64,000 bases of DNA, taken from the IMG/VR virus record IMGVR_UViG_3300013121_000031, positions 1 through 64,000 of that record, one strand, 5' to 3'. The number at the start of each line of letters is the position of its first letter. Within the stretch, counting starts at the first letter, position 1. The notes beneath the pieces are model-generated. The model did not search any database. It was not told the origin of the DNA and saw only the letters and a program-made list of their open reading frames with translations. This DNA comes from a virus. Taxonomy: Duplodnaviria; Caudoviricetes. Positions 36,891 through 46,568 of the stretch are shown in pieces. Position numbers and translations under genes: made by a program.

Positions 36891-39800
36891 CTTGCCACAA
36901 TCCTTATATTTCGAATTCTAGGTGTCACATAATCAGCAGCAGTGCTCAAATCAATCTTAACCCGAACATCTTGTTTATCATCACCACCGGTATTGTATGT
37001 ATAGTGCCGCTCCCACCAAACATCATCTATTTGTTGAGCATCATCTTCTACTTCTTCCATAACTTCAAAATCTTCTTGATCAAGATCAACGGAAGGAGCA
37101 GCAGATGTGCCACCAGGTTTGTCAACTTCGAACCACACGTCTACATCTTCAACTTCAGCGGTTGGAAGTGAGAACTCACGGCATACCCATCCACCAGATG
37201 TTAGGAATCTAAAGCCTAAAACAGTGGTATCGTCAAAGAGTATGGGGAATAGATTTCTAGTTCCTTGCAATTTGACTCTAAAATATAGAGTTGAAACTGT
37301 TTGAAGTAAATCAACTTCTTTCATGGGGGCAAAATCAATCCACTCAGTATTATTGAGTGAGTACTGATAAATAACCCTTGTTTCATCAGTTAATTCAACG
37401 AAAGGAACTAGAACTGAGAATCTAGAAATGTCCTCAGATTCAAATTCAACTGTATCTAAATTCACAATTACTTCAGGTGATGTGAATTCAGCTTTATACA
37501 GATTGAATTTGATATCAGATGCCGGAATAATCTCCCAAGCGCTAGCATTAGGTGATCTAAACAGTGACCCAGAATTTGGATTCTTACTAATTAGACCATT
37601 TACTGAGTCAGTCTGACCTAAAGTAGCAATTTTCAAAGAACCGGATGTGTCCAAGGTGGCGACGACAAAGCAATACTGCTTCCCAGACTCTAGAAATACT
37701 GGATTGGTGAAGTTGAAGACAGTTTCTACTCCAGAATCTTCAAGCTCATTTGCATTTAGCCAGGTAGTTGCAATGTATTTATCAGTTGGATAACCATTTT
37801 CAACTTCCGCTAGTGATACTGTTACAGATTCACTTGGAACTGTGTGGAAAAATAATCCAATGCCCGATGCCATGAAATTAGTCGTAGCTGAAAATGTTTG
37901 CGCTACTGGATCTTGATAGGTTTTTGGAAACTGTGCAATCTGCAATTTGGCAACATCGGTTGAAGCAATAATTGCAGCAGTGTTGGCATCAACGTTGGTG
38001 CTGGTTAAATTAGCAGCATCCATCATTAAGTCAATTTGAGTTGCTGAGATAATTGACTCTAAACCAGTGAAAGCCAACATAGCTACCGTAGCGGCTGTCA
38101 GCAATTCTTTAGTCAAAGTCACACCTTCGATAATTGCTTGTTTGATACCGATAGCAATAGTCTGTGCCAGTGATTGATTTCCAGAAAAATACAATTCTAG
38201 ATATAAAGGATCACCATTATAGACAGGACCGCCTTGAGTCGTCCAACCAAGCACACCTGACCAACATGTCCAGCTATAGTAGTACCACGAAGGGTCACTT
38301 TCCCAGTGCATTCCTAATGACACACGAAAGACCTTAAAAGGCATGTACTCATTAAACTGTTTCCAGTGTGAGTCATGAACTTTTACAAGTAAGCTCTGCA
38401 ATTCCATAAAGGCAGTGGCTTGATAGGTACATGTGGCGAAGGTTTTAACACGTGTTAAGTCTTCTGGATCATGTCCATAACAAGTAATTTCATAACTGCC
38501 AGTCTCTGTATTAGCTGGAATGTCAAAAGTTGCTGCCCATTCTCCGTTTGAATCGGCTTTGACTGCGCCCGCATAAGCTGGGTCAGTTTCATTTGCAGTG
38601 CCATCAATACCAGTTAAAGGTACTCCTTTTCCAGCAAACATGACAATGATCGCACGCTCATTAGGAGCAAATCTAGAACCATAAATTGTAAGTGTTGAGG
38701 TGTCAATATTTCCACGAACAATTACATTACTTGCTTCTTCTACAGTTACCCACTCGTTATCAACGATGGTTTTAGAACTAGCTGATTGATTGTTCTCATT
38801 CAGAGTAATTGCTTGAGAGTTACCAGAAACTGTTGAAGACCATTCTTTATCTAAAGGTATTTTGTTGTAATACCAAGGATTGTCTTTATAAATTTGACTT
38901 ACTTCTTTAGCCCCAAGCTGGCTAGCCAAGGCGCTCTTCTTTGAAACGTTCGAAGTCAAATAATAATTGAGAATATTTGAGCAAGACACCACTGAAGTAT
39001 CGTGGATAGTTGTAATTGTGCCTAAATCATCAGCGTATTTGCTATCTACGCTACGATTGAGTGAAATTTTTCCACGTAAATTAACAGCATCGAATTCATT
39101 AATTAAAACAGCACCACTAGAAAATGGTTGACTGATGATTACTTGATTGGTGTATGGGGGATTCCAAATATTATTCGATAAAGTACATGTGCTAGACGTC
39201 AAAATAGGTCTGTAGCTTTGCATTGTTCTAGGCAAAGTAAAATTACGACCGAGTGGATCTAGTGCTAAAGCAAAATCCTCATGACCTGTATCACAAGAAT
39301 CAAAATCAGTTGCCGGATCAGCAAAAACTCCACGCTTATCAGTAACTGTTGGTTTATTGAGTGTGTCTTGAACTAACTGAAATTGAGCTTGGTTGTAGAG
39401 AATATTTTGAACGTTTCTATACATTTGACGTAACTGCACGACTTTCATAGTTTCGTTGTTAAATCGCTCAAATTTAACATCAGCCGCAACACATTCAGCG
39501 GGTAAATGTATCTTAGCTACGGGTAGATGTTGGTCGGGTACTGAGGGTGCCACAGCAACGACACCAGGGGTGCCTTTTAAGATTAGAAATCTACCATCTT
39601 TCTTTTGTACAAGAGTATCTTTACGAGAAAGCGCGTAATCATAAGTCATATAGAATGATGACCCATTTACAGGCTTGCTGCCGGTAGTATCAAAAGATAC
39701 TTGAGACTTGTAATTAACGGTGTGGTTATTCGGAGTCTTTGTGGGCTGACTATTTAAAATCAAAGTCCCATCAGCATCTTTGAAACTATCACGAGCTAAG

Positions 39801-41131
39801 TAATCCCCCTCAATCGTGTGCGCCCAATATGAATAGGTAGCATAGACGCTGGTGCTATTACTGACACCGGTAAAAGTGACCACTCCCGTTATTGCATTAT
39901 ATGAATATGAAGACTCAGTGATAAGAGAATCATCGGAAGTCTTACGAATAGTCAGAAATTCAACTTCACCATGATTTAGTGTGATCGCTGAACTTGAAAC
40001 TGTGTGAGTTTCTGATGTAACCCCAGTTCTGGTGCGGGTTCCTTTAGTCAAAATTTTGCTATACTTAACAGTGACCGTATAAGTTGTACCCGTTGATGGC
40101 TGTGTGCCACCACTTAACCAAGTAATGAAGTTCCCGGCCAAAACAAAATCGACACCTTCAGTAAAAGTAGTCGAAGGAGCTTGTGTAATAGAAACAACAG
40201 TATCAACTGGCTGCCATTGTGAGGGAATAGGGTCTGATCCATTAACGATTTGACCACGAGTCATTGGAAATGCCGAAGATTGCAAAATTGCAGTCAGTGT
40301 GGTCATTTTTAGGACTGGAGCATTGTCCATGTTGTAGACAAGCGTGCCCGTGATATACGGCTCAGGCTCAACATAACGGGTAGTGCCTTCTAGTGGTCTT
40401 TCAACTGATAGGATGGTACTGTTATTAGGCTTTCGGTACCCCTCAACATAGCCAACCCCACCAGAAATTAAAAGCTTCATGTTTGGTGGATCGTTTTCGA
40501 TCGGAAGAGTATCTGAAATCTCTAAATTCGGTAATGTTGTGAAGAACTGGCCGTCCTTCTCTTTGGTTCTAAGAGCAATCATGTCTTCAATTTGTTCAAG
40601 GATTGAAGATTGATTGATAGGAGCCTGTACTAACTGCCCATTTTCAAAAGTAGCAAAAGGAATCCCTGTGCCACCAAGGACAAAATTATACTCAAAAACC
40701 TGTCTATGAGCACCAGCCTGACCATAGTTTTGAGTTCCAGATGCTGGGTCATTTAAATCTGGATCATCTGCTTCAGTAATTACACGACTTGTAATTACTA
40801 AATTGATAACCTCTATGCCTGAACCTGTGATATCTACTGTATCCGCTTGGACAGTGTGAACAAAACCAAGAGCATATACTTGACCAGCAGTTATAGAAAC
40901 TCTTAATGCAGCCCCCACAAATGCCGTGGTGACCTGACATCCATCACCTATGACATTTCCATCTTTCCAGAAAGCCTTAGCTAATTGTTCAAACTGTGCT
41001 TCATGCATTGTCTGAATTTCATTGAACTCAGCACTTTGCATAGGCTTTCCATGACGAAATAAAATTCGCTTCCACGGCTTATCACTGCCATTAAACCGAT
41101 CATAATACCCAGATGGTGTTTCAATAGACAT
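36887..41131 (-). CDS. Large baseplate/tail protein (DUF4815-like)
   Basis: YYDRF..RILFR.G..QSAEFNEIQ; DPVAQTF; LFRSPNA..W; TPRIRNIRIVA. Confidence 0.8.
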   Translation of the reverse strand: MSIETPSGYYDRFNGSDKPWKRILFRHGKPMQSAEFNEIQTMHEAQFEQLAKAFWKDGNVIGDGCQVTTAFVGAALRVSITAGQVYALGFVHTVQADTVDITGSGIEVINLVITSRVITEADDPDLNDPASGTQNYGQAGAHRQVFEYNFVLGGTGIPFATFENGQLVQAPINQSSILEQIEDMIALRTKEKDGQFFTTLPNLEISDTLPIENDPPNMKLLISGGVGYVEGYRKPNNSTILSVERPLEGTTRYVEPEPYITGTLVYNMDNAPVLKMTTLTAILQSSAFPMTRGQIVNGSDPIPSQWQPVDTVVSITQAPSTTFTEGVDFVLAGNFITWLSGGTQPSTGTTYTVTVKYSKILTKGTRTRTGVTSETHTVSSSAITLNHGEVEFLTIRKTSDDSLITESSYSYNAITGVVTFTGVSNSTSVYATYSYWAHTIEGDYLARDSFKDADGTLILNSQPTKTPNNHTVNYKSQVSFDTTGSKPVNGSSFYMTYDYALSRKDTLVQKKDGRFLILKGTPGVVAVAPSVPDQHLPVAKIHLPAECVAADVKFERFNNETMKVVQLRQMYRNVQNILYNQAQFQLVQDTLNKPTVTDKRGVFADPATDFDSCDTGHEDFALALDPLGRNFTLPRTMQSYRPILTSSTCTLSNNIWNPPYTNQVIISQPFSSGAVLINEFDAVNLRGKISLNRSVDSKYADDLGTITTIHDTSVVSCSNILNYYLTSNVSKKSALASQLGAKEVSQIYKDNPWYYNKIPLDKEWSSTVSGNSQAITLNENNQSASSKTIVDNEWVTVEEASNVIVRGNIDTSTLTIYGSRFAPNERAIIVMFAGKGVPLTGIDGTANETDPAYAGAVKADSNGEWAATFDIPANTETGSYEITCYGHDPEDLTRVKTFATCTYQATAFMELQSLLVKVHDSHWKQFNEYMPFKVFRVSLGMHWESDPSWYYYSWTCWSGVLGWTTQGGPVYNGDPLYLELYFSGNQSLAQTIAIGIKQAIIEGVTLTKELLTAATVAMLAFTGLESIISATQIDLMMDAANLTSTNVDANTAAIIASTDVAKLQIAQFPKTYQDPVAQTFSATTNFMASGIGLFFHTVPSESVTVSLAEVENGYPTDKYIATTWLNANELEDSGVETVFNFTNPVFLESGKQYCFVVATLDTSGSLKIATLGQTDSVNGLISKNPNSGSLFRSPNASAWEIIPASDIKFNLYKAEFTSPEVIVNLDTVEFESEDISRFSVLVPFVELTDETRVIYQYSLNNTEWIDFAPMKEVDLLQTVSTLYFRVKLQGTRNLFPILFDDTTVLGFRFLTSGGWVCREFSLPTAEVEDVDVWFEVDKPGGTSAAPSVDLDQEDFEVMEEVEDDAQQIDDVWWERHYTYNTGGDDKQDVRVKIDLSTAADYVTPRIRNIRIVAR

Positions 41132-41144
41132 TTACTTCGACTCC

Positions 41145-41684
41145 TTAGTATTCAAAGATGATTGACAATTCCCATGAAGTATCTGGGTTAATATTTGTTG
41201 GTTTGGCATGGTGCAGACATTCAACTGTCCCCCACTCATCAATATTGGCACTAGCTACAAAGTTATCCTCTTCATAGCCATCGGCTGGAACTAAATCTGT
41301 TGAAATCCCAAAAGCCCTGTAAGCTGACACAGCTAACTCATTAGAGTGAATAGTTGCTGTTGCAATTACCTTAATATTTGCTGGGTCTTCAGCCAATACC
41401 TCTTCTTCAGTGTCTATCTCAAGAAATTTTCTAACAGTTGAGCCATCGTTATAAAGAATAGTCCCCGCATCATCTTCAACTGCCCATCTTAAAATTGCCT
41501 TGACAGCTCCAAATTTATTAGGAACATCTGAAGCTGATAATAATTCGGCTGGTGGACTTGAATCATTTGGCCATGCTGATGACTGCCCTAAAACAATCCA
41601 AGAATTATCAGCATTATAATTTTTCAATCTAATGGCATCTTTAAGCCGATGATTTTTTAACTGGATCAATTTACAAATCCTCAA
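41145..41684 (-). CDS. Baseplate wedge protein (gp8-like)
   Basis: LGQSSAWPNDSSPP; C-terminal IIFEY; position. Confidence 0.55.
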   Translation of the reverse strand: MRICKLIQLKNHRLKDAIRLKNYNADNSWIVLGQSSAWPNDSSPPAELLSASDVPNKFGAVKAILRWAVEDDAGTILYNDGSTVRKFLEIDTEEEVLAEDPANIKVIATATIHSNELAVSAYRAFGISTDLVPADGYEEDNFVASANIDEWGTVECLHHAKPTNINPDTSWELSIIFEY

Positions 41685-41706
41685 CTAGCTTTCTTAAGTA
41701 TATCAA

Positions 41707-42831
41707 TTACAATTCAATACTTGAAGGGTTCAGCATATCTTGGAACCAAGAGAGTCTTTGATTTTTTTGGTCTTTGTCCCATGCAATATTTTTCAATTCT
41801 CGATATGTTTTAGTTGAAACCACTCCCCAAGGAAGAAGTTTGGCACCCATATTGGTGGTTTGATTCTCGTACAAATAAGCATCATTATCAGCGTAGACAA
41901 CTTCATAGTCATCACCTTCAATTGATTTTCTTCTATTAAACGTCCAATTTTGGTGATCTTCTATTTGCTCATGCAGTTGCCCTTCGTATTGAATTTGCAT
42001 GTAAGAAGGAGCTGCATAAAGAGGATAGATTGGAATGACTGACGGGGTACTAACCCAAAAATTGCCTCCGTGCATGCTGAAGCAATGCATGTCACCACCA
42101 GACGCAATCAAATTGTTATCAAGAGTGGGGTAGGGGGTTCGTAAAAAATAGCTTGATTTGACAATGGTTGATGGTTTATAGATTGAAACATCACTTAAAT
42201 CAAAAGCATACTGAAATTTAAAAATAAAGAAACGCTTGGTCCCAGCAGGGTGTATTGACTCAACTAGAGCCAGAAAATCATTCATATTTGTAATTAAATG
42301 TGATTGTAAGATAATTACTAAATATGTATATCTAGTCCAGTAAACTCCATCATGTAGATATGCCAATTTGAGGCTGTCCCACGAATCTAAAGCACTGCCT
42401 TGAACACCACTTAAACAAGTTCTAGGATCATCCCATCTAGCCACCATTTCATTAGGAAGGTGAACTTCAATAGGTGAACCTACGACCTCACCAATAAATG
42501 TGTATAAAAGCTCAGTGCCCTTATGCCCGAACCATGCTTTGTTTTCTTTTAAAAATTGTTTTATTGGGATTGCGTCAGTTAACGGAATCCCAACCCCAAT
42601 TTCATTTTTAATTGAATCTAAAAACAAAGTATCATCAATATCATTTTGTTCAATAAAATGACGAGCAAAATATCTATGTACTGCAACTAGGTGAGCTATT
42701 TGCCCAATAAAAACTTCATCATCATCTTCAAAGGCAGCATTGCCAAAAGATGCTTTAAGAATATTAGTTATATTCTCTTTGTCCGTGAGATACTCATCAG
42801 TATTAATAATGTCATCCCATGAAATACTCAT
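41707..42831 (-). CDS. Baseplate wedge protein (gp7-like)
   Basis: HKGTE, LHDGVYW..YTY, IHPAGT. Confidence 0.65.
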   Translation of the reverse strand: MSISWDDIINTDEYLTDKENITNILKASFGNAAFEDDDEVFIGQIAHLVAVHRYFARHFIEQNDIDDTLFLDSIKNEIGVGIPLTDAIPIKQFLKENKAWFGHKGTELLYTFIGEVVGSPIEVHLPNEMVARWDDPRTCLSGVQGSALDSWDSLKLAYLHDGVYWTRYTYLVIILQSHLITNMNDFLALVESIHPAGTKRFFIFKFQYAFDLSDVSIYKPSTIVKSSYFLRTPYPTLDNNLIASGGDMHCFSMHGGNFWVSTPSVIPIYPLYAAPSYMQIQYEGQLHEQIEDHQNWTFNRRKSIEGDDYEVVYADNDAYLYENQTTNMGAKLLPWGVVSTKTYRELKNIAWDKDQKNQRLSWFQDMLNPSSIEL

Positions 42832-44420
42832 TAAGCAAACTCCGCTCTAATGTCTAAACTGACTAACCTAACCAATTGCAAATAACTAATCAAAACATCA
42901 TCACTAGAAGCATTAAAATGCAGAGTGCATAACTGATCGGTTAATCCTGTTGAAACAGTTTTAAAATACCCTTGCTGAATTTTAGAACTTGCATCTCCAC
43001 TAAATAAAACATCACTATTTGCTTTTCTCAAAACAACATTTGTGGCATCAATGTTCCCTATTACCGGAATTGCTATTTGTCCGGCCTCAGATACAGCCCC
43101 AGTCGAGCATGAAGTTGTGTAATTTGCATATTTGACAAAATCAAGATTCTGTAAGACTGAAAGAACATTTGATTCATATAAAGAATCACCAATCTTAAGA
43201 GCATCGAAACAGTTTGATAATGCTTCAACAATACCAGTTCTGGCTTGGGACAAATCAGTCGTAAAATCACGAATAACTCCAACATTCAAAACTATGTCAA
43301 TATCAATAACTTCTGGAGCTTGAACATCAAGTTCAATTGTAATTACCTTAACCTTTTCAAGCGCTTCTTTAACCATATTTTTGAAGTCGGTAGAGACATC
43401 ATAAGGGTCTGAACCTCTCACAACAATGATGACCTGCCCATATCTTCCAACTTCCTCACCACCAATAACTTTACTTTCAACAACCCCCGCAAGATTGTTA
43501 ACAACTGCCTCATAATCTTTAGCTGTTACGACTCTTCCTTGAGTTCCATAGAAAAGTGGAGCATTAGTTTTGATTGATTGAATAGACTCAGCATCTCTTC
43601 CTCCTAAAGCTGACGTCAAAGTCACTCCAGAAAAGTAATTATTCAACTCATTGTTGCCGCTATCTTTAATTTGAGTGATTGGAATAACTGGGTATCCAAT
43701 TGGCCCTATATTTCCTTTGTCCCCCTCAGTCAATATTGCTGATATTCTTATCACTTGGCCATCAATAGGTTTCTTAGTGTTTAAATCAGCTCCAAAAGTA
43801 ATGACATAACCATTGGCTGACTCAGCCAGCTTATAGGATTTCTCATCAGCAACATCTATAAATGAATCTATCGCACTCCATTCTTCATCATCAACAGTTA
43901 CTAAAATTTGGCAACACTTTTGAGGAATAGTAATTTCTTTCCAAGCGGTCCCATCGGCAATAATAGTTCTTGCATACTCAGTCCCTTGGATTAAACTGAT
44001 ATCAATACTTGTTTGGCCACTAGGAATAATTATTTGTGATTGACAGATGAAATCTATATTGTTGATTTTCCAAACTGAATTTTCATCAATTTCAATCTGT
44101 TCGTTTAGGGCTGGGAAGGTTAATCTTGCTTGAACAGTTGCAGCACTTATTCTTCCAATTGGATAATTCAAAGATTTGGCAATTCTTACAGCCGATTCTC
44201 TTAATGAACATGTCGATAAAAATGTTTCAGCGAGTTGTTTGTCAGTGTAGAACAAATTCATATCGTTCAAAGCTGCAAACGATTTTAAAAGAGTGTAACC
44301 AACGTCACTATCAAGAAAATCATTCCATTTTCCACCTGTAGCTGAAGCGATTCTAGTTTTCATGTCTGCTAAGACATCAGCCATATCTTTATATGCATAG
44401 TTCATGTCAAAGTCTGTCAT
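42831..44420 (-). CDS. Baseplate wedge subunit (gp6-like)
   Basis: WNDF..SD.G, ETFL.T...RES...IAK.LNY, GGRDAESI, RVVTAKDY. Confidence 0.88.
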   Translation of the reverse strand: MTDFDMNYAYKDMADVLADMKTRIASATGGKWNDFLDSDVGYTLLKSFAALNDMNLFYTDKQLAETFLSTCSLRESAVRIAKSLNYPIGRISAATVQARLTFPALNEQIEIDENSVWKINNIDFICQSQIIIPSGQTSIDISLIQGTEYARTIIADGTAWKEITIPQKCCQILVTVDDEEWSAIDSFIDVADEKSYKLAESANGYVITFGADLNTKKPIDGQVIRISAILTEGDKGNIGPIGYPVIPITQIKDSGNNELNNYFSGVTLTSALGGRDAESIQSIKTNAPLFYGTQGRVVTAKDYEAVVNNLAGVVESKVIGGEEVGRYGQVIIVVRGSDPYDVSTDFKNMVKEALEKVKVITIELDVQAPEVIDIDIVLNVGVIRDFTTDLSQARTGIVEALSNCFDALKIGDSLYESNVLSVLQNLDFVKYANYTTSCSTGAVSEAGQIAIPVIGNIDATNVVLRKANSDVLFSGDASSKIQQGYFKTVSTGLTDQLCTLHFNASSDDVLISYLQLVRLVSLDIRAEFA

Positions 44421-44917
44421 CCGAATACTTTCCTTCCATTTATTGTGAATGAAGCAGCTCTAAATAAAGTCGAATCATCTCTTCTCAATAGAACTTCAAT
44501 TTTTTGTGATGAGATTGTTCCCTTGATCACATAGGCAACATCTATTTGAACCATATTTGCTTCAACCATTGTCACCTCAGTCCCAGTAACAGTCAAATAC
44601 GGTAAATGCCCCGCCACCCTATCTTTCACTTCTCGTTTCATTTCACGCTTCAAAGTGTCAGTAAAGTGCTCAAAAATCATATAAGGAAGTAAAGTGCCGT
44701 AATCTGGCTGCATAAGTCTTCTTCCTGCTGGTGTAACAAGCAAAAGAAAAATAGATTGCGCTACCTTATCAACCCCACTAACTAGATTCCAATAATTATC
44801 AAGTAGGAGCAAAGGGATTCCTAATCCACTTCCTAATTTATCAGACAGTTGTTGAGGGACGTTGACTGATGGAATAGGAACTTGAGGATTAGTTTTCTTC
44901 TTATAATAGATAGGCAT
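44417..44917 (-). CDS. Baseplate gp25-like protein
   Basis: QSI..LL.TP.G.R.MQPDYG. Confidence 0.85.
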   Translation of the reverse strand: MPIYYKKKTNPQVPIPSVNVPQQLSDKLGSGLGIPLLLLDNYWNLVSGVDKVAQSIFLLLVTPAGRRLMQPDYGTLLPYMIFEHFTDTLKREMKREVKDRVAGHLPYLTVTGTEVTMVEANMVQIDVAYVIKGTISSQKIEVLLRRDDSTLFRAASFTINGRKVFG

Positions 44918-45238
44918 TTAGGCTACCCCAAAATATGTGAAGGCTCTAATATTTTTTAATAAATCAATTGTACCAGTAGGTATCAGCAAATTAGTTCCAA
45001 GGACTAACTCACTCAATGGGTCTTTAATCCCATTAAACTCACAGATGATCCAATAGAGAGAAGGATCACCAAGATACTTCCAAGCCAAAAGATCAGCGCG
45101 ACCTTCTTCTCCCGGCCTGATAGTGTGAGATATAACACCAGCATCAGGATCATACAAAAAATCCAGAAATTGCAAGCCAGATTTATATGTGCCTTCAACA
45201 CTTTGAATAGATTGGCCATAGCGTTTATACCTTTTCAT
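44918..45238 (-). CDS. Baseplate gp53/LysM-like protein
   Basis: RADLLAWKYLGDPSLYWIICEFNGIKDP..G..LLIP. Confidence 0.85.
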   Translation of the reverse strand: MKRYKRYGQSIQSVEGTYKSGLQFLDFLYDPDAGVISHTIRPGEEGRADLLAWKYLGDPSLYWIICEFNGIKDPLSELVLGTNLLIPTGTIDLLKNIRAFTYFGVA

Positions 45239-45747
45239 GCAACTCCAGACTCTCCACTAAAATTTAGTTGCTTGAATTCTTTCGCTCCAATCCAATCATC
45301 AATTGATTTATTTTCAAGCTCGATTCCTAAAAATGTAAGTGTCATTAAACCTGTCAATGGGTGTCCATCTTCGTCCCAGATATTATGGTCACCACCAACC
45401 CCATCTAGATTTTGAAGAATGCACTCCCAATCTTCAAAAATCCCCACAGTTACTCGACATAAAGGACATGGTTTAATTCCTGGTTCGGGACTGTATTGAA
45501 GTGCAAGCAAAGATTTCTGTACATCTGATACTTCATCTTTGCCTCCTTTCTCAACGGCCACAAGTTGGATTTCAACTGTCAAAGTAATTGGAGTTCCACC
45601 AGTGTATGTGTGATGGGGACTTGAACGCCCCAAAATTTCAATACCAGCCACATTGACTGCATGATTGAATGTATATCCTGTTGGCAATACTGATGTTTGA
45701 AACAAAAAATCGTCAGTATTTAGTTCAAATAAAATTGGCTCCGGCAC
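45235..45747 (-). CDS. Tail tube initiator-like protein
   Basis: ILGRSSP...YTGG, LQY..P.CRV..G, WDEDGHP. Confidence 0.6.
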   Translation of the reverse strand: MPEPILFELNTDDFLFQTSVLPTGYTFNHAVNVAGIEILGRSSPHHTYTGGTPITLTVEIQLVAVEKGGKDEVSDVQKSLLALQYSPEPGIKPCPLCRVTVGIFEDWECILQNLDGVGGDHNIWDEDGHPLTGLMTLTFLGIELENKSIDDWIGAKEFKQLNFSGESGVA

Positions 45748-45773
45748 AATCGTATCCCCCTGACATAATCATA

Positions 45774-46124
45774 TCAGGGAGTGGCTGCTGTGATGAAGGC
45801 TGATAGTGCTGTTAATGATGGAGTTGTTGGCGTGCAAGTTATTTTATACTTGACTCCATTTACTCCCCCGACAATTTTTTGTCTAACCACAGTATTGTAG
45901 CTACCAGAACCAGGACCTGGAATATAACTAGGAGACCCCGATAAGACATTGTTCGCACTTGCATCAACCCCACTTATTACTTGAATTGAAACTGTGGCTC
46001 CCGTTATGTGCGTAGAAGCTGCAATTATATTTGTGAAATCGAAAAACACATACTCAGTTGAATCAGTATATTTATTTGAAAAAATGGATATAAATGCTTT
46101 CGCTGTTCTAATAATGCTGCTCAT
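45774..46124 (-). CDS. Putative fibre/tail adaptor
   Basis: YVFFDF..I.GATVS..GGVNGVKYKITC. Confidence 0.5.
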   Translation of the reverse strand: MSSIIRTAKAFISIFSNKYTDSTEYVFFDFTNIIAASTHITGATVSIQVISGVDASANNVLSGSPSYIPGPGSGSYNTVVRQKIVGGVNGVKYKITCTPTTPSLTALSAFITAATP

Positions 46125-46125
46125 C

Positions 46126-46404
46126 CTAGCCTCCAATAATCACTCTTAAATACCCAGTAGAACAAGCATCTCCACAAGTTGCCAAATCTCCAGTTCTGCA
46201 TACAGGTCTTCCACCTGCTAATACTCTTGTAGATCCCTGAGCCATCGTTGCTGCCGCATGCGCTCCAACGCCATGTGAGCTAACAGTATCACCAATAACT
46301 GATAAAGGATCAGCTCCTCCTAAAAGAACTCTAGGGTAACCAGGGCCGGTAATTATTCCGGCTGCTACTTGTGAAACCCCTACCCCTGCGGCTGCTCCGG
46401 CCAT
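46126..46404 (-). CDS. PAAR spike-tip protein
   Basis: GSTRVLAGGRPVCRTGDLATCG. Confidence 0.88.
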   Translation of the reverse strand: MAGAAAGVGVSQVAAGIITGPGYPRVLLGGADPLSVIGDTVSSHGVGAHAAATMAQGSTRVLAGGRPVCRTGDLATCGDACSTGYLRVIIGG

Positions 46405-46568
46405 TTTATTTCCTCACAATTAATACTTAGAATCCCACCATACTCTTTAAAAATAACAAGGTATTGTCTTCCAGGTCTATCAGCAAACTCAACCATATTC
46501 CCGGCTCTTAGATCTGCCATATGGACTTTTATCTTTTCTCCATTATGAATCCTGAAAATATCAAACAT
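46380..46568 (-). CDS. Hypothetical protein
   Basis: TAATG-coupled ORF. Confidence 0.45.
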   Translation of the reverse strand: MFDIFRIHNGEKIKVHMADLRAGNMVEFADRPGRQYLVIFKEYGGILSINCEEIKWPEQPQG